Of a DNA stretch of 64,000 nucleotides, positions 31,052 to 39,322 are shown in pieces. The notes under the pieces are model-generated. The model made no database searches, was not told the origin of the DNA, and was given only the letters and a program-made list of their open reading frames with translations. Position 1 is the first letter of the stretch; each line of letters begins with the position of its first letter. Location: the NCBI GenBank assembly GCA_902563095.1, contig CACEWA010000001.1:104614-168613 (forward strand). Direction: 5' to 3'. Both the position numbers and the translations under genes were made by a program. The DNA is from an uncultured Candidatus Poseidoniales archaeon. GTDB taxonomy: Archaea > Thermoplasmatota > Poseidoniia > Poseidoniales > Poseidoniaceae.

Positions 31052-31474
31052 ATGGGAATGACAATGATGGAACTTACAGAGGCAATTCGCCAGCATATCG
31101 ATATGGAAATGGACCCAGAGGTCGCCTGTGGAATGGCTGAGCATGCTCTTGGCTTCTTTGGATTCTACGATAGAATCATCGACAATGCACTGGAGCCAAC
31201 TGATCGCAACTTGTTCTACATGTTCCAAGATTATGACTTACTAACAACCGAATCTGAAGAAACCACTCTTTGGGACGGCCGTGAATGGAGGATTCACTAC
31301 TGGCGCTTTAAGCCTGAATTGCGAGAGCGTGTTGAAGCGTACATGAATCGTGAAGTCGAGGTTGTAGAGGTTGATCCATTCGGTGACGTATACGGCGATG
31401 CTGGTAGCATCTGGATGCGTGAAGGTGACAAACCAGTCAACCCTAATGCCTTCACTTCCGACCATTGGGGCTGA
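31052..31474 (+). CDS. Conserved Thermoplasmata-type hypothetical protein (DUF6015-like, probable winged helix)
   Basis: FFGFYDRIIDNALEP.DR..FY....LL..E.EETTL.DGREWRIHYW. GAGGTGA SD upstream of the ATG at 31052. Confidence 0.7.
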   Translation: MGMTMMELTEAIRQHIDMEMDPEVACGMAEHALGFFGFYDRIIDNALEPTDRNLFYMFQDYDLLTTESEETTLWDGREWRIHYWRFKPELRERVEAYMNREVEVVEVDPFGDVYGDAGSIWMREGDKPVNPNAFTSDHWG

Positions 31475-31520
31475 ACACTTTCCCACAAGTCTTGAAGAGT
31501 AGCAGGTACACCATAGTATC

Positions 31521-34463
31521 ATGAAGGCAAGAGCAAGTCTGCTAGTTGTGCTCTTTTTGGCCTCGGTTTTTCCGATTGTCAATGCTGATGAAGTAAATGC
31601 TGTAACAATAAATGTTGACTGGACAGAAGATCACGCATATGTCATTACAGGAAATGTTGAACTATCTGAAATCAATATCACTCACGAGCACGATTCTCAA
31701 ATGCTAGATGTAGGAATAATCTACGATACTACCGGTGAAAATCTCCGGATAATTCTGAATACATCGGTTTCTAACGGAGATATAATTACTGTACAAGCTG
31801 GTGATGTTACTCGAATTGTCAATGTCGGACTCTGGGGTCAACCGATAGCAGACCACGAGGTGACATTGAATTCCCATTGGGAAATGGACCAGCAGTGGGA
31901 AAATGAGAATGGAACTCAAAAATACATTCTCCTATTCGATGGACAGGGATGGCAACAGAGAATTGGAAGCACTCTAGAATCATGGGAAATGGGTAATGGG
32001 TCTCTACTCATTGTCTCTAACACTGCAGACAGTAGTATTTCGATGATGATAGATTTGGATTCGGTCTGGAAAAATGAAACTACTGTTGATGGAGTAATGA
32101 CTGGCCAGGTATTTGATGCCCGTGGAAGCGGAATGATTGGAGTTGAAAACGAAGGTGACGAGGGTGACCTTCAGATTCAAGGAACTATTAGCGATGCATG
32201 GATTAACAGAACAACTCTGAACGGAATCGTAGATGAAAGATTTAGAATTGAAGCTAATGGTTCAATTTCAGTTGATGCAAACGAAGATGATGAAATGATG
32301 AATCTAAGCGGCGATTTAGCCGTACTATTGATTGAGACCTGGGACTCTAACGGTACCCGAGTACTTTCTCACACTCAATTCGAAGCGACTGCCGATTTGA
32401 TTGTGGAAAATAACGATACTAGGATGGACATATCTCTGGATAGTTTCGAATCAATTGAAAGGTGGGAAGATGGTGTTCGCGTGGACCATCTGAACAAAAT
32501 GATCGGTCAAGGAACATTCGGATTTTCTGGCGAAGATGAGAACGCTAGTGTACAAATCAATGGAACTATTCACGACTTTCACCAAGAGCAAGAAGATGGT
32601 TTGGTGACTGTTGATGACCTGCATGTGGATGGAGTAATTACTGGAGACGCACAAGGTACGTTTGGAGTTGTTCGCACCATAGAAGATTTCACATCGCAAG
32701 CAAACGAAACAGGCGTAATGTACGATGTTATCATTGTACACCAAGAAGATTGGTTCAATATTACTGGAATTTCTGCTCTTCCTAATTCTGATTTAGGGGC
32801 TGGAGCTCATCACAATGAATCTTGGTCATATGATGCGAAACAAGCGGAATGGGATAATCGAACTATTCGCACGGTTTGGAGTCAAACCGGACCTGACCCA
32901 AGCAGCGGCGACATTATACATTCAAATTCACCAATTCAAAACTCACCTGAAGCGCCTTCTGTAGAAGAAGGGATAGGAGATGTAACTGTTAGTCGTGAAT
33001 CCGGGTTTGCTCCTATCGATGCGATGACTGGAGATGTATTCACTCTAGACCAACAAAGCGGGATGTCACTAACTGTGACAGCAGGACAAGCAGAAACAGT
33101 TGCTATGGATGGGCATTTAGTGGATACTGTTGCATGGACTGGAGTATATTCTACTGATGTTATTGGAACTGCAAATGGTAACCTAATCATCGATGGCCCG
33201 CTTTCTGGACTAAATGTAGCTATTCAGCGTGCTTTCCAGATCGAATTTGGAGAGGATGAGCAATTGGTTAATCTAACTGAAAATCAGTCCGTCAATCGTG
33301 TATTATCTCCCTCAATCATTTCAGTTCACGATAATAACGACCCTAGTGTAGATTTGATCACACTAGCGCAAGGAGTAGTTACAGGTGAGGGCGGTACACC
33401 AGGATTCCTTGAAGTCACAGTATCAGATGTTGATTTCAACATCGTAGGTGTAACTGCAAATACAACTTCAATCGGAGGTTCTGCAACTCTGACTTTGAAC
33501 GACAAGGGACTAAATGGAGATAGGGTAATTGGCGATGATATTTGGACTGCAGAACTATCAGTTCCAGGATTAGAATACGGTGACTTGCCAATTACTGCTA
33601 CCGTAATTGATGCATTTGATGCAACTGACTCTGACTCAGCCAACATCACTGTTCTGAATCAGCCACCTCGGCTCACTTCTATGGAAATCGTTCCAACGAT
33701 AGTCAATAGAGGCGAGATTATGCTAATCAATGCTGAAGTTTTTGATGGCCACGGGGTTTCCTCCGTTTCAATAGACATGCGAGAATTCGGAGGAAATCTT
33801 ACTGACTTGAATAGAGTAGGAGACGTGTGGGCTGGCCAAGTTGAAATTCCATTAGGAATGAGCCCTGGGGAACACCTATTGAAAGTTAGAATGGTGGACA
33901 CTTTTGATTCCTCAATAACCGTTCAAAGAACGATTACATCGGGGCAATATCATATCGAAAGCACGATGGATGAAGATTTAGAAATCATGGTGATGAATGA
34001 ACCACCAGTTATCGACATAGGTGAACTAAGAATCATTGAAATCGGAGATGAAGAAGTTGATTATGTTCTTACAATTTCAGTAAATGATCACGATGGATTA
34101 AATTGGGTCAAGGTGAAATTAGGAATTCTAGCACCTCCGGGTCAATCAAGTACATGGTTCACAATGACATCGAACGGTGACGGTACATATTCCAAAGAAA
34201 TTTCCATCAAGACATATATCGCTTTAGGAACTCACGAATTACTTGTCAAGGCAATGGATACTTATGGATCACAAAGTGCTGAAGAATCGGTTCCTATCGT
34301 ATTGAAAGAACCAGTAGGAGATATCTCCTCTGGCTCTGCCAGTGATACTCTAACCTATGTGGCGATTGGTGGACTCGCGATACTTGCAATTGCTGGCGCT
34401 ACAATATATGTGATGCGTGGGTCGGATGAAGAAGGTGGCTTAGGTGGGTTTGGAGACGCCTGA
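31521..34463 (+). CDS. Large secreted, membrane-anchored surface glycoprotein (Ig-like repeats)
   Basis: Signal peptide, many NxS/T sequons, repeated N.PP domain starts, an LNDKG.NGD..GDDIWTA loop, and a C-terminal TM helix. Confidence 0.78.
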   Translation: MKARASLLVVLFLASVFPIVNADEVNAVTINVDWTEDHAYVITGNVELSEINITHEHDSQMLDVGIIYDTTGENLRIILNTSVSNGDIITVQAGDVTRIVNVGLWGQPIADHEVTLNSHWEMDQQWENENGTQKYILLFDGQGWQQRIGSTLESWEMGNGSLLIVSNTADSSISMMIDLDSVWKNETTVDGVMTGQVFDARGSGMIGVENEGDEGDLQIQGTISDAWINRTTLNGIVDERFRIEANGSISVDANEDDEMMNLSGDLAVLLIETWDSNGTRVLSHTQFEATADLIVENNDTRMDISLDSFESIERWEDGVRVDHLNKMIGQGTFGFSGEDENASVQINGTIHDFHQEQEDGLVTVDDLHVDGVITGDAQGTFGVVRTIEDFTSQANETGVMYDVIIVHQEDWFNITGISALPNSDLGAGAHHNESWSYDAKQAEWDNRTIRTVWSQTGPDPSSGDIIHSNSPIQNSPEAPSVEEGIGDVTVSRESGFAPIDAMTGDVFTLDQQSGMSLTVTAGQAETVAMDGHLVDTVAWTGVYSTDVIGTANGNLIIDGPLSGLNVAIQRAFQIEFGEDEQLVNLTENQSVNRVLSPSIISVHDNNDPSVDLITLAQGVVTGEGGTPGFLEVTVSDVDFNIVGVTANTTSIGGSATLTLNDKGLNGDRVIGDDIWTAELSVPGLEYGDLPITATVIDAFDATDSDSANITVLNQPPRLTSMEIVPTIVNRGEIMLINAEVFDGHGVSSVSIDMREFGGNLTDLNRVGDVWAGQVEIPLGMSPGEHLLKVRMVDTFDSSITVQRTITSGQYHIESTMDEDLEIMVMNEPPVIDIGELRIIEIGDEEVDYVLTISVNDHDGLNWVKVKLGILAPPGQSSTWFTMTSNGDGTYSKEISIKTYIALGTHELLVKAMDTYGSQSAEESVPIVLKEPVGDISSGSASDTLTYVAIGGLAILAIAGATIYVMRGSDEEGGLGGFGDA

Positions 34464-34491
34464 TTTAGGCTGAATTTCTCATCGACAACGG

Positions 34492-34497
34492 TTTATA
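34492..34497 (+). promoter_or_regulatory. Canonical TATA box (TTTATA) of tRNA-Gly
   Basis: TTTATA begins 33 nt upstream of the mature tRNA 5' end. Confidence 0.55.
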
Positions 34498-34524
34498 CCC
34501 CTGTCCAATCCGATGGTTACACTT

Positions 34525-34599
34525 GCGAGAGTAGTGTAGTGGTTATCACCGAGCGTTGCCAACGCTTGAACCCGGGTTCGAGTCCCGGCTCTCGCACCA
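34525..34599 (+). tRNA. tRNA-Gly (GCC), CCA encoded
   Basis: Acceptor stem GCGAGAG/CTCTCGC, anticodon arm GAGCG-TTGCCAA-CGCTT, T arm GGTTCGAGTCC, ACCA end. Confidence 0.96.
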
Positions 34600-34601
34600 T
34601 T

Positions 34602-35075
34602 CTAATCTCTGAGCATCATAATTACTGCCTTATCTCCATGCTCCACTTGACCGACTTCAACAAAATCGTGCCGAACGTGGAAACGCACAGAATCCGGATT
34701 TGGTGGCCTTAGGTTAACTTCAGCAGTCACAGGAACTCCAAGGTTTGCTGCTTGTTTGAACACTTCAAGATACAGTTCTGTTCCAATCATTCGGTTTCTT
34801 TGATCTAAAGATACAGCTATTCTGTCAACGTAAAGAAAATCGTTGTAATTCTGGCTAAACCAAGTATAATTCGGACTGCCGTAGGATGTTCCAGGTGGAA
34901 GACATATGACAAAACCTAGCAATACTTCGCCATCAAATGCACCAACTGAAAAGGAAGAATAGTGCAGTAAATCTACGATTTCGTCTTCTGAAACCTTTCC
35001 TGTTCCAGGTAACCCTTGTTCATTGATTTTCCATATTTCATGGGAATCGGCTAGACGTAATGGCCGTATTTCCAT
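34602..35075 (-). CDS. GNAT family N-acetyltransferase
   Basis: Y.SPNY.WF, FLYVDRIAV...RN..IG..LY, EVNLRPPNPDS.RFH...F.EVG motifs. Confidence 0.87.
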   Translation of the reverse strand: MEIRPLRLADSHEIWKINEQGLPGTGKVSEDEIVDLLHYSSFSVGAFDGEVLLGFVICLPPGTSYGSPNYTWFSQNYNDFLYVDRIAVSLDQRNRMIGTELYLEVFKQAANLGVPVTAEVNLRPPNPDSVRFHVRHDFVEVGQVEHGDKAVIMMLRD

Positions 35076-35112
35076 GGATATGACAGAATGACTTGGTGGA
35101 TAATGCCTTCGT

Positions 35113-35787
35113 CTATTCCAACAAACCAGCAATCATAGTCATCATCGCTGTTCTAAGCGGTACCAAAGGTCGCCAACCATCTCCAGTTAATTCCAATAAC
35201 AATTGATGTAATGGAGTTAAATTTGGCCTCTGCCTCTCGTTTTCATGGATTGGTTTCGCCTCCATCCCCGCGATTTCATGACCAAATAATGTCTCAGCAG
35301 TAAATTTACCACTAATCCCCTGATTCGTCCTCGCCCACAGCATTTCAAATTCTGCCTTACTATCTTGGGGAAGCCATTCTCGACGACCACACATGTATAA
35401 TTGGGAAATCTTAGATTCTGATTTTGCAATATGCGCTATAGCATTTGCAGCATCAATAACACTCAACCAATATCTTGAATCAGGCCCTGAATGTTTGCCT
35501 CCAAGCCAACATTGGATTTCTTCTGGCATCCACTTGTCATTACGACTTGGAATGAGATCTTGAACAATTATATCCTTGCCAATCTCTATGTCTGCTGAAC
35601 TACCATCAAATGAAATTGAGAATCCTGTGCCTGTTTCCGATAGATTAACTTGTGAATATTCTAGCAATGTTTGGTTTCTAATTCTGTGTGAATCTTCGGC
35701 TGCGACAACATCGATGTCCATAGATAGCAATTTGTCAATCACTGCCTCTCCCAGTGAACAGGTTGCTCCCTTGACAACTATTGCCAT
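35113..35787 (-). CDS. Degenerate NAD(P)-binding Rossmann/SDR-like protein
   Basis: N-terminal IVVKGATCSLGEAVIDKL and WLSVIDAANAI resemble an atypical SDR. No YxxxK motif visible. Confidence 0.55.
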   Translation of the reverse strand: MAIVVKGATCSLGEAVIDKLLSMDIDVVAAEDSHRIRNQTLLEYSQVNLSETGTGFSISFDGSSADIEIGKDIIVQDLIPSRNDKWMPEEIQCWLGGKHSGPDSRYWLSVIDAANAIAHIAKSESKISQLYMCGRREWLPQDSKAEFEMLWARTNQGISGKFTAETLFGHEIAGMEAKPIHENERQRPNLTPLHQLLLELTGDGWRPLVPLRTAMMTMIAGLLE

Positions 35788-35832
35788 CAAAATGTCTGCA
35801 AATATACTACCTTCATGAGGTTGTCCCTTGGC

Positions 35833-36010
35833 TAAAAATTCAATTAAATTTTTTAATTTTCAATTGAAAAATATGTTTAGGATTAAATTTTGGACGCGCG
35901 TTATGCGACATCAATTGAAAGTAAACTTTGAGCCACTCTCTCAAAAATGAAACGCGACTACTTATTCAATTGGAGATGAACTAATTATGCGACAAATCCA
36001 ATTGGAAAAG
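35833..36010. repeat. AT-rich divergent intergenic region with four CAATTG-centred palindromes
   Basis: TTTTCAATTGAAAA at 35857-35870, TCAATTGA at 35911-35918, CAATTG at 35967-35972, TCCAATTGGA at 35997-36006. TTATGCGACA occurs twice. Confidence 0.6.
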
Positions 36011-36093
36011 GATTCTTAGAAGGGGGCAAGTATAATAGTCGCCACTGTCGAGGGCAGATTGGTCAAGAGCCTGAAGACCAAGGAGATGGGAAA

Positions 36094-36687
36094 ATGCCAA
36101 ACAACGATTATGACATCCAGGAGTTACTCCAAAGGGATGTATATGTGAATGATACAAAGGTGGGCGTCATCGTAGGAGAGAGACACCACCCGAACGAAGC
36201 AAGAGTGCGCTCAATGCGCATAATGGTAGAGCCAGGAGTCGCAGATGAATTTATGCGAAAGCCTGCTGAACTCGCACCATTACACAAGGAACTAATACAC
36301 AGTATCAGAAATGATGGATCTGTTAAACTCTCAAAATCTATGAGAGAACTCCAGCGCCGCTGGAGAAACACAGTTCGAATCGATGAAAAGTTGTATGCGC
36401 CTGATGAAATGATGGACAGAGCTGTCCTAGACAATCAAGGTATGGAAATCGGAGTAATAACCGATTTAGTCAAAATCAAAAGAACATATCGTGCTGTAGT
36501 AGTAAAGACTCGAATCGGAGTCCAGATGCAATATGGCATTGACACAACTATCAATATTCCAATTACAGCACTTGCACGCACACGCGAGCGCTTGGACGAA
36601 GTAGTTCTATCCAGAACATTCGACAAACTGCTAGGTTTGCCTTCATACATCCAGGCGAACGACCCTGACGCAGTGATGGAAGAATAA
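36094..36687 (+). CDS. Tandem PRC-barrel domain protein
   Basis: Two PRC-like starts (ELLQRDVYVNDTKVGVI and EMMDRAVLDNQGMEIGVITDL), with IP...L and VVL at the end of the second. GGAG SD. Confidence 0.7.
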   Translation: MPNNDYDIQELLQRDVYVNDTKVGVIVGERHHPNEARVRSMRIMVEPGVADEFMRKPAELAPLHKELIHSIRNDGSVKLSKSMRELQRRWRNTVRIDEKLYAPDEMMDRAVLDNQGMEIGVITDLVKIKRTYRAVVVKTRIGVQMQYGIDTTINIPITALARTRERLDEVVLSRTFDKLLGLPSYIQANDPDAVMEE

Positions 36688-36735
36688 GCATACCGTCGTC
36701 TTTATGATGGGATGGTCGGTCGGCGACCTGCCTTT

Positions 36736-36812
36736 GCGCGGGTAGCTTAGTCGGCTGGAGCACCCGGCTGATAACCGGGAGGTCGCAGGTTCAAGTCCTG
36801 CCTCGCGCACCA
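36736..36812 (+). tRNA. tRNA-Ile (GAT), CCA encoded
   Basis: Acceptor stem GCGCGGG/CTCGCGC, anticodon arm CCCGG-CTGATAA-CCGGG, T arm GGTTCAAGTCC, ACCA end. Confidence 0.96.
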
Positions 36813-36912
36813 TTTATCCACTCAGTCACAGACTTTGTGTCATTTTTTGAAAGAACGCGAATACTCTGTAGCAGGAGAACCCTCATTTAGCCCCCTCGCC
36901 GGCACTAACAAC

Positions 36913-37854
36913 ATGGTAGTAGTGTCGGGGAGCAACTCCCGAGCGCTTGCAATCGACCTTGCCAATGAACTTGGCTGGGACCATCACTCTCTAGAGGCGA
37001 GAAGATTTCCCGATTCTGAAGGATACATCAGGATCCCTGAAGAAGCGATTGAAGCAGTACGAAAGGAACCCGTAATTTTGGTATCGAATACATTTCCCGA
37101 TGCAGGGATAGTTGAAACACTTCTACTATTGGAAGCCCTAAGAGATGTGAGGGCAGGCCGGACTGAAAATCTGAAAGAAATAGGGCCTCAATCGATGGAA
37201 TCGGTGGGCCCAGGGGTAATTGTAGCAATACCATACTTTGGATATTCTCGACAAGATAAGAGATTCCGCCCTGGAGAAGCAATTAGTGCCAAAGCGATTG
37301 GAAAATTGCTCGCATCCCATTGTGATGGAATCGTTGTGTTTGATTTGCATGCCCCTGCTGCCCTGGAAGAGATGCCGATACCTGTTGCATTTACCTCTGC
37401 TATGCCAGAGATTGCTGCACACTTGCAAGAAAATGTGAATCCTGATTTCATTCTGTCTCCAGATAAAGGGGCAATCGATAGAGCAAGTGCAGTTGCCAAA
37501 TCTATCGGCTTACCTTTCTCTTATTTGGAGAAAACCAGAATTGATGCACACACTATAGTCCACAAAGCAAAAGATTTGCAGGTAGATGGGAAAATTGTGG
37601 CAATTGTCGATGACATGATTGCGACTGGAGGGACAATTTGCAAAGCTGCAGATGCATTGAGAAACCAGGGAGCTACTGAAGTTCATGCTGCATGTACTCA
37701 CGGATTGTTCACTGGAGGGGCTATCGCAAGATTGTCAAATCATGTTGATGGCGTACATGCTACGTCCAGTCTTTCCAATAGTCGTGCAGTAATCTCTGGA
37801 GGGGCTGCATTGGCTCGTGGTGTGCGGAAAATCCTCGATGATTTGCAAAAGTAG
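36913..37854 (+). CDS. prs: Ribose-phosphate pyrophosphokinase
   Basis: RFPDSE, PYFGYSRQDK, DLH, SPDKGA, IVDDMIATGGT and CTHGLF motifs. Confidence 0.95.
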   Translation: MVVVSGSNSRALAIDLANELGWDHHSLEARRFPDSEGYIRIPEEAIEAVRKEPVILVSNTFPDAGIVETLLLLEALRDVRAGRTENLKEIGPQSMESVGPGVIVAIPYFGYSRQDKRFRPGEAISAKAIGKLLASHCDGIVVFDLHAPAALEEMPIPVAFTSAMPEIAAHLQENVNPDFILSPDKGAIDRASAVAKSIGLPFSYLEKTRIDAHTIVHKAKDLQVDGKIVAIVDDMIATGGTICKAADALRNQGATEVHAACTHGLFTGGAIARLSNHVDGVHATSSLSNSRAVISGGAALARGVRKILDDLQK

Positions 37855-37934
37855 CACCAAATGTCCAACCCGTGGTGTTTATATTCGCGAGGCCGTGCGA
37901 AGCCTTGCTTCACATAAGCATGAGAGTGATTTCA

Positions 37935-38306
37935 ATGAGTGCACACGTGTCATATGAGACCCCTAACGATGTCGCAGATAAGATCTACGAGATGGTTTCG
38001 GCAAACAAGAATGGAAAAATGAAAAAAGGATCTAATGAGGTAACTAAGACCGCTGAACGCGGTACTGCACAGTTCATCATTATGGCAGAGGATGTCAACC
38101 CGCCAGAACTACTGGCTCACATTCCTCTAATCTGCGCTGAGAAAGGTATCCCGTTCGGATATGTTCCTAGCCAAGAGTTCCTAGCAAAAGAAGCCGGAAT
38201 GCCAAACGGCGTTAAGACCGCTTCTCTCGCTCTTCTGGAAGTTTCCAAGGGAGCACAAGAAAAATTCAACGAAGTTGTAGAGTTAGTCAAGGGGCTTTCC
38301 AACTGA
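37935..38306 (+). CDS. rpl7ae: 50S ribosomal protein L7Ae
   Basis: KKGSNEVTK..ERG, AEDVNPPELLAHIP.IC.EKGIP. First gene of the conserved archaeal operon. Confidence 0.95.
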   Translation: MSAHVSYETPNDVADKIYEMVSANKNGKMKKGSNEVTKTAERGTAQFIIMAEDVNPPELLAHIPLICAEKGIPFGYVPSQEFLAKEAGMPNGVKTASLALLEVSKGAQEKFNEVVELVKGLSN

Positions 38307-38335
38307 ACATATCACTGATTTCGGAGGAATAAGAG

Positions 38336-38560
38336 ATGTCTGAAGAACTCGGAGGATGGCCTGCAGAGGTTGTCGAAATTGTAGGTAGAACCGGAATGAC
38401 CGGCGAAGCTACACAGGTAAAGGTGCGTGTTAACGACGCACCTAACCCACGTGACGTCGGCCGAATTATCACTAGAAATGTGGTTGGACCAGTTCGTGTA
38501 GGTGATATTCTAATGTTAATCGACACTGGCCGAGAAGCCCGTAAACTCAACTATAGGTGA
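38336..38560 (+). CDS. rps28e: 30S ribosomal protein S28e
   Basis: [37 protein letters not shown]. Confidence 0.96.
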   Translation: MSEELGGWPAEVVEIVGRTGMTGEATQVKVRVNDAPNPRDVGRIITRNVVGPVRVGDILMLIDTGREARKLNYR

Positions 38561-38565
38561 TCTAA

Positions 38566-38754
38566 ATGCCAGAACAAAGAATCTGCAGTTTCTCGGGAGA
38601 TATCATCGAACCTGGTACAGGATTGATGTTTATTCGCCGTGATGGCACAGTACAGTGGTTCGCTAACAGCAAGGCTCGTAAGAATGCAGTCAAACTGAAG
38701 CGAAACTCACGCAAAGTAAAGTGGACCCGCCATTATGTAAAAGGCGGAATCTAG
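38566..38754 (+). CDS. rpl24e: 50S ribosomal protein L24e (reduced Zn ligands)
   Basis: CSFSG..IEPGTG.MFIR.DG...F..SK, RKVKWT. Confidence 0.95.
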   Translation: MPEQRICSFSGDIIEPGTGLMFIRRDGTVQWFANSKARKNAVKLKRNSRKVKWTRHYVKGGI

Positions 38755-38826
38755 ACAATTTAGCGAATCGCTACAATCGTTGCGCTCAAATAGGGCATGC
38801 TAGTGGACTGCATTGGTGGAATTAGT

Positions 38827-39273
38827 ATGGAGACTACCTATGTTATGGTAAAGCCTGATGGCGTACAAAGAGGATTGGTTGGAGAAATCATCCAGAGATT
38901 TGAAAGAAAAGGACTACAATTAGTTGGATTAAAGCAGGTTATTCCTAGTGAAGAAATCGCTAAGGAACACTATGCCGTTCACGCTGAGAGACCGTTCTTC
39001 CCTGGATTGATTAAGTTCGTAACCAGTGGACCTGTTGTATGTATGGCTTGGTCTGGAAGAGATGCAATCAGTGTTGCTAGAAATTTGATTGGGCCAACCA
39101 ATGGTCGTGAAGCTGCGCCTGGCACAATCCGTGGTGATTTCGGAATGGATATTGGCTACAATATGATTCACGGATCCGATGCTCCAGAAACTGCTGAGTT
39201 TGAGCTTGGATTGTGGTTCCCAGAAGGAACTAACGAATGGACACAAGATAGTCAATCTTGGGTCTATGAGTGA
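38827..39273 (+). CDS. ndk: Nucleoside diphosphate kinase
   Basis: [25 protein letters not shown] and N.IHGSD motifs. Confidence 0.97.
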   Translation: METTYVMVKPDGVQRGLVGEIIQRFERKGLQLVGLKQVIPSEEIAKEHYAVHAERPFFPGLIKFVTSGPVVCMAWSGRDAISVARNLIGPTNGREAAPGTIRGDFGMDIGYNMIHGSDAPETAEFELGLWFPEGTNEWTQDSQSWVYE

Positions 39274-39322
39274 TTTTTGAATTCCAATTGCGGAATTAAA
39301 AAAACCAATTGGAGGTTTTGAT

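Noticed and set aside
37885-37934. Possible kink-turn for L7Ae autoregulation in the rpl7ae leader
   Set aside because: GA dinucleotides are present, but I could not build convincing C and NC stems by eye.
38566-38754. Loss of Zn-binding cysteines in L24e as a novelty
   Set aside because: Zn-free variants of L24e and other ribosomal proteins are well known, so this is low novelty.
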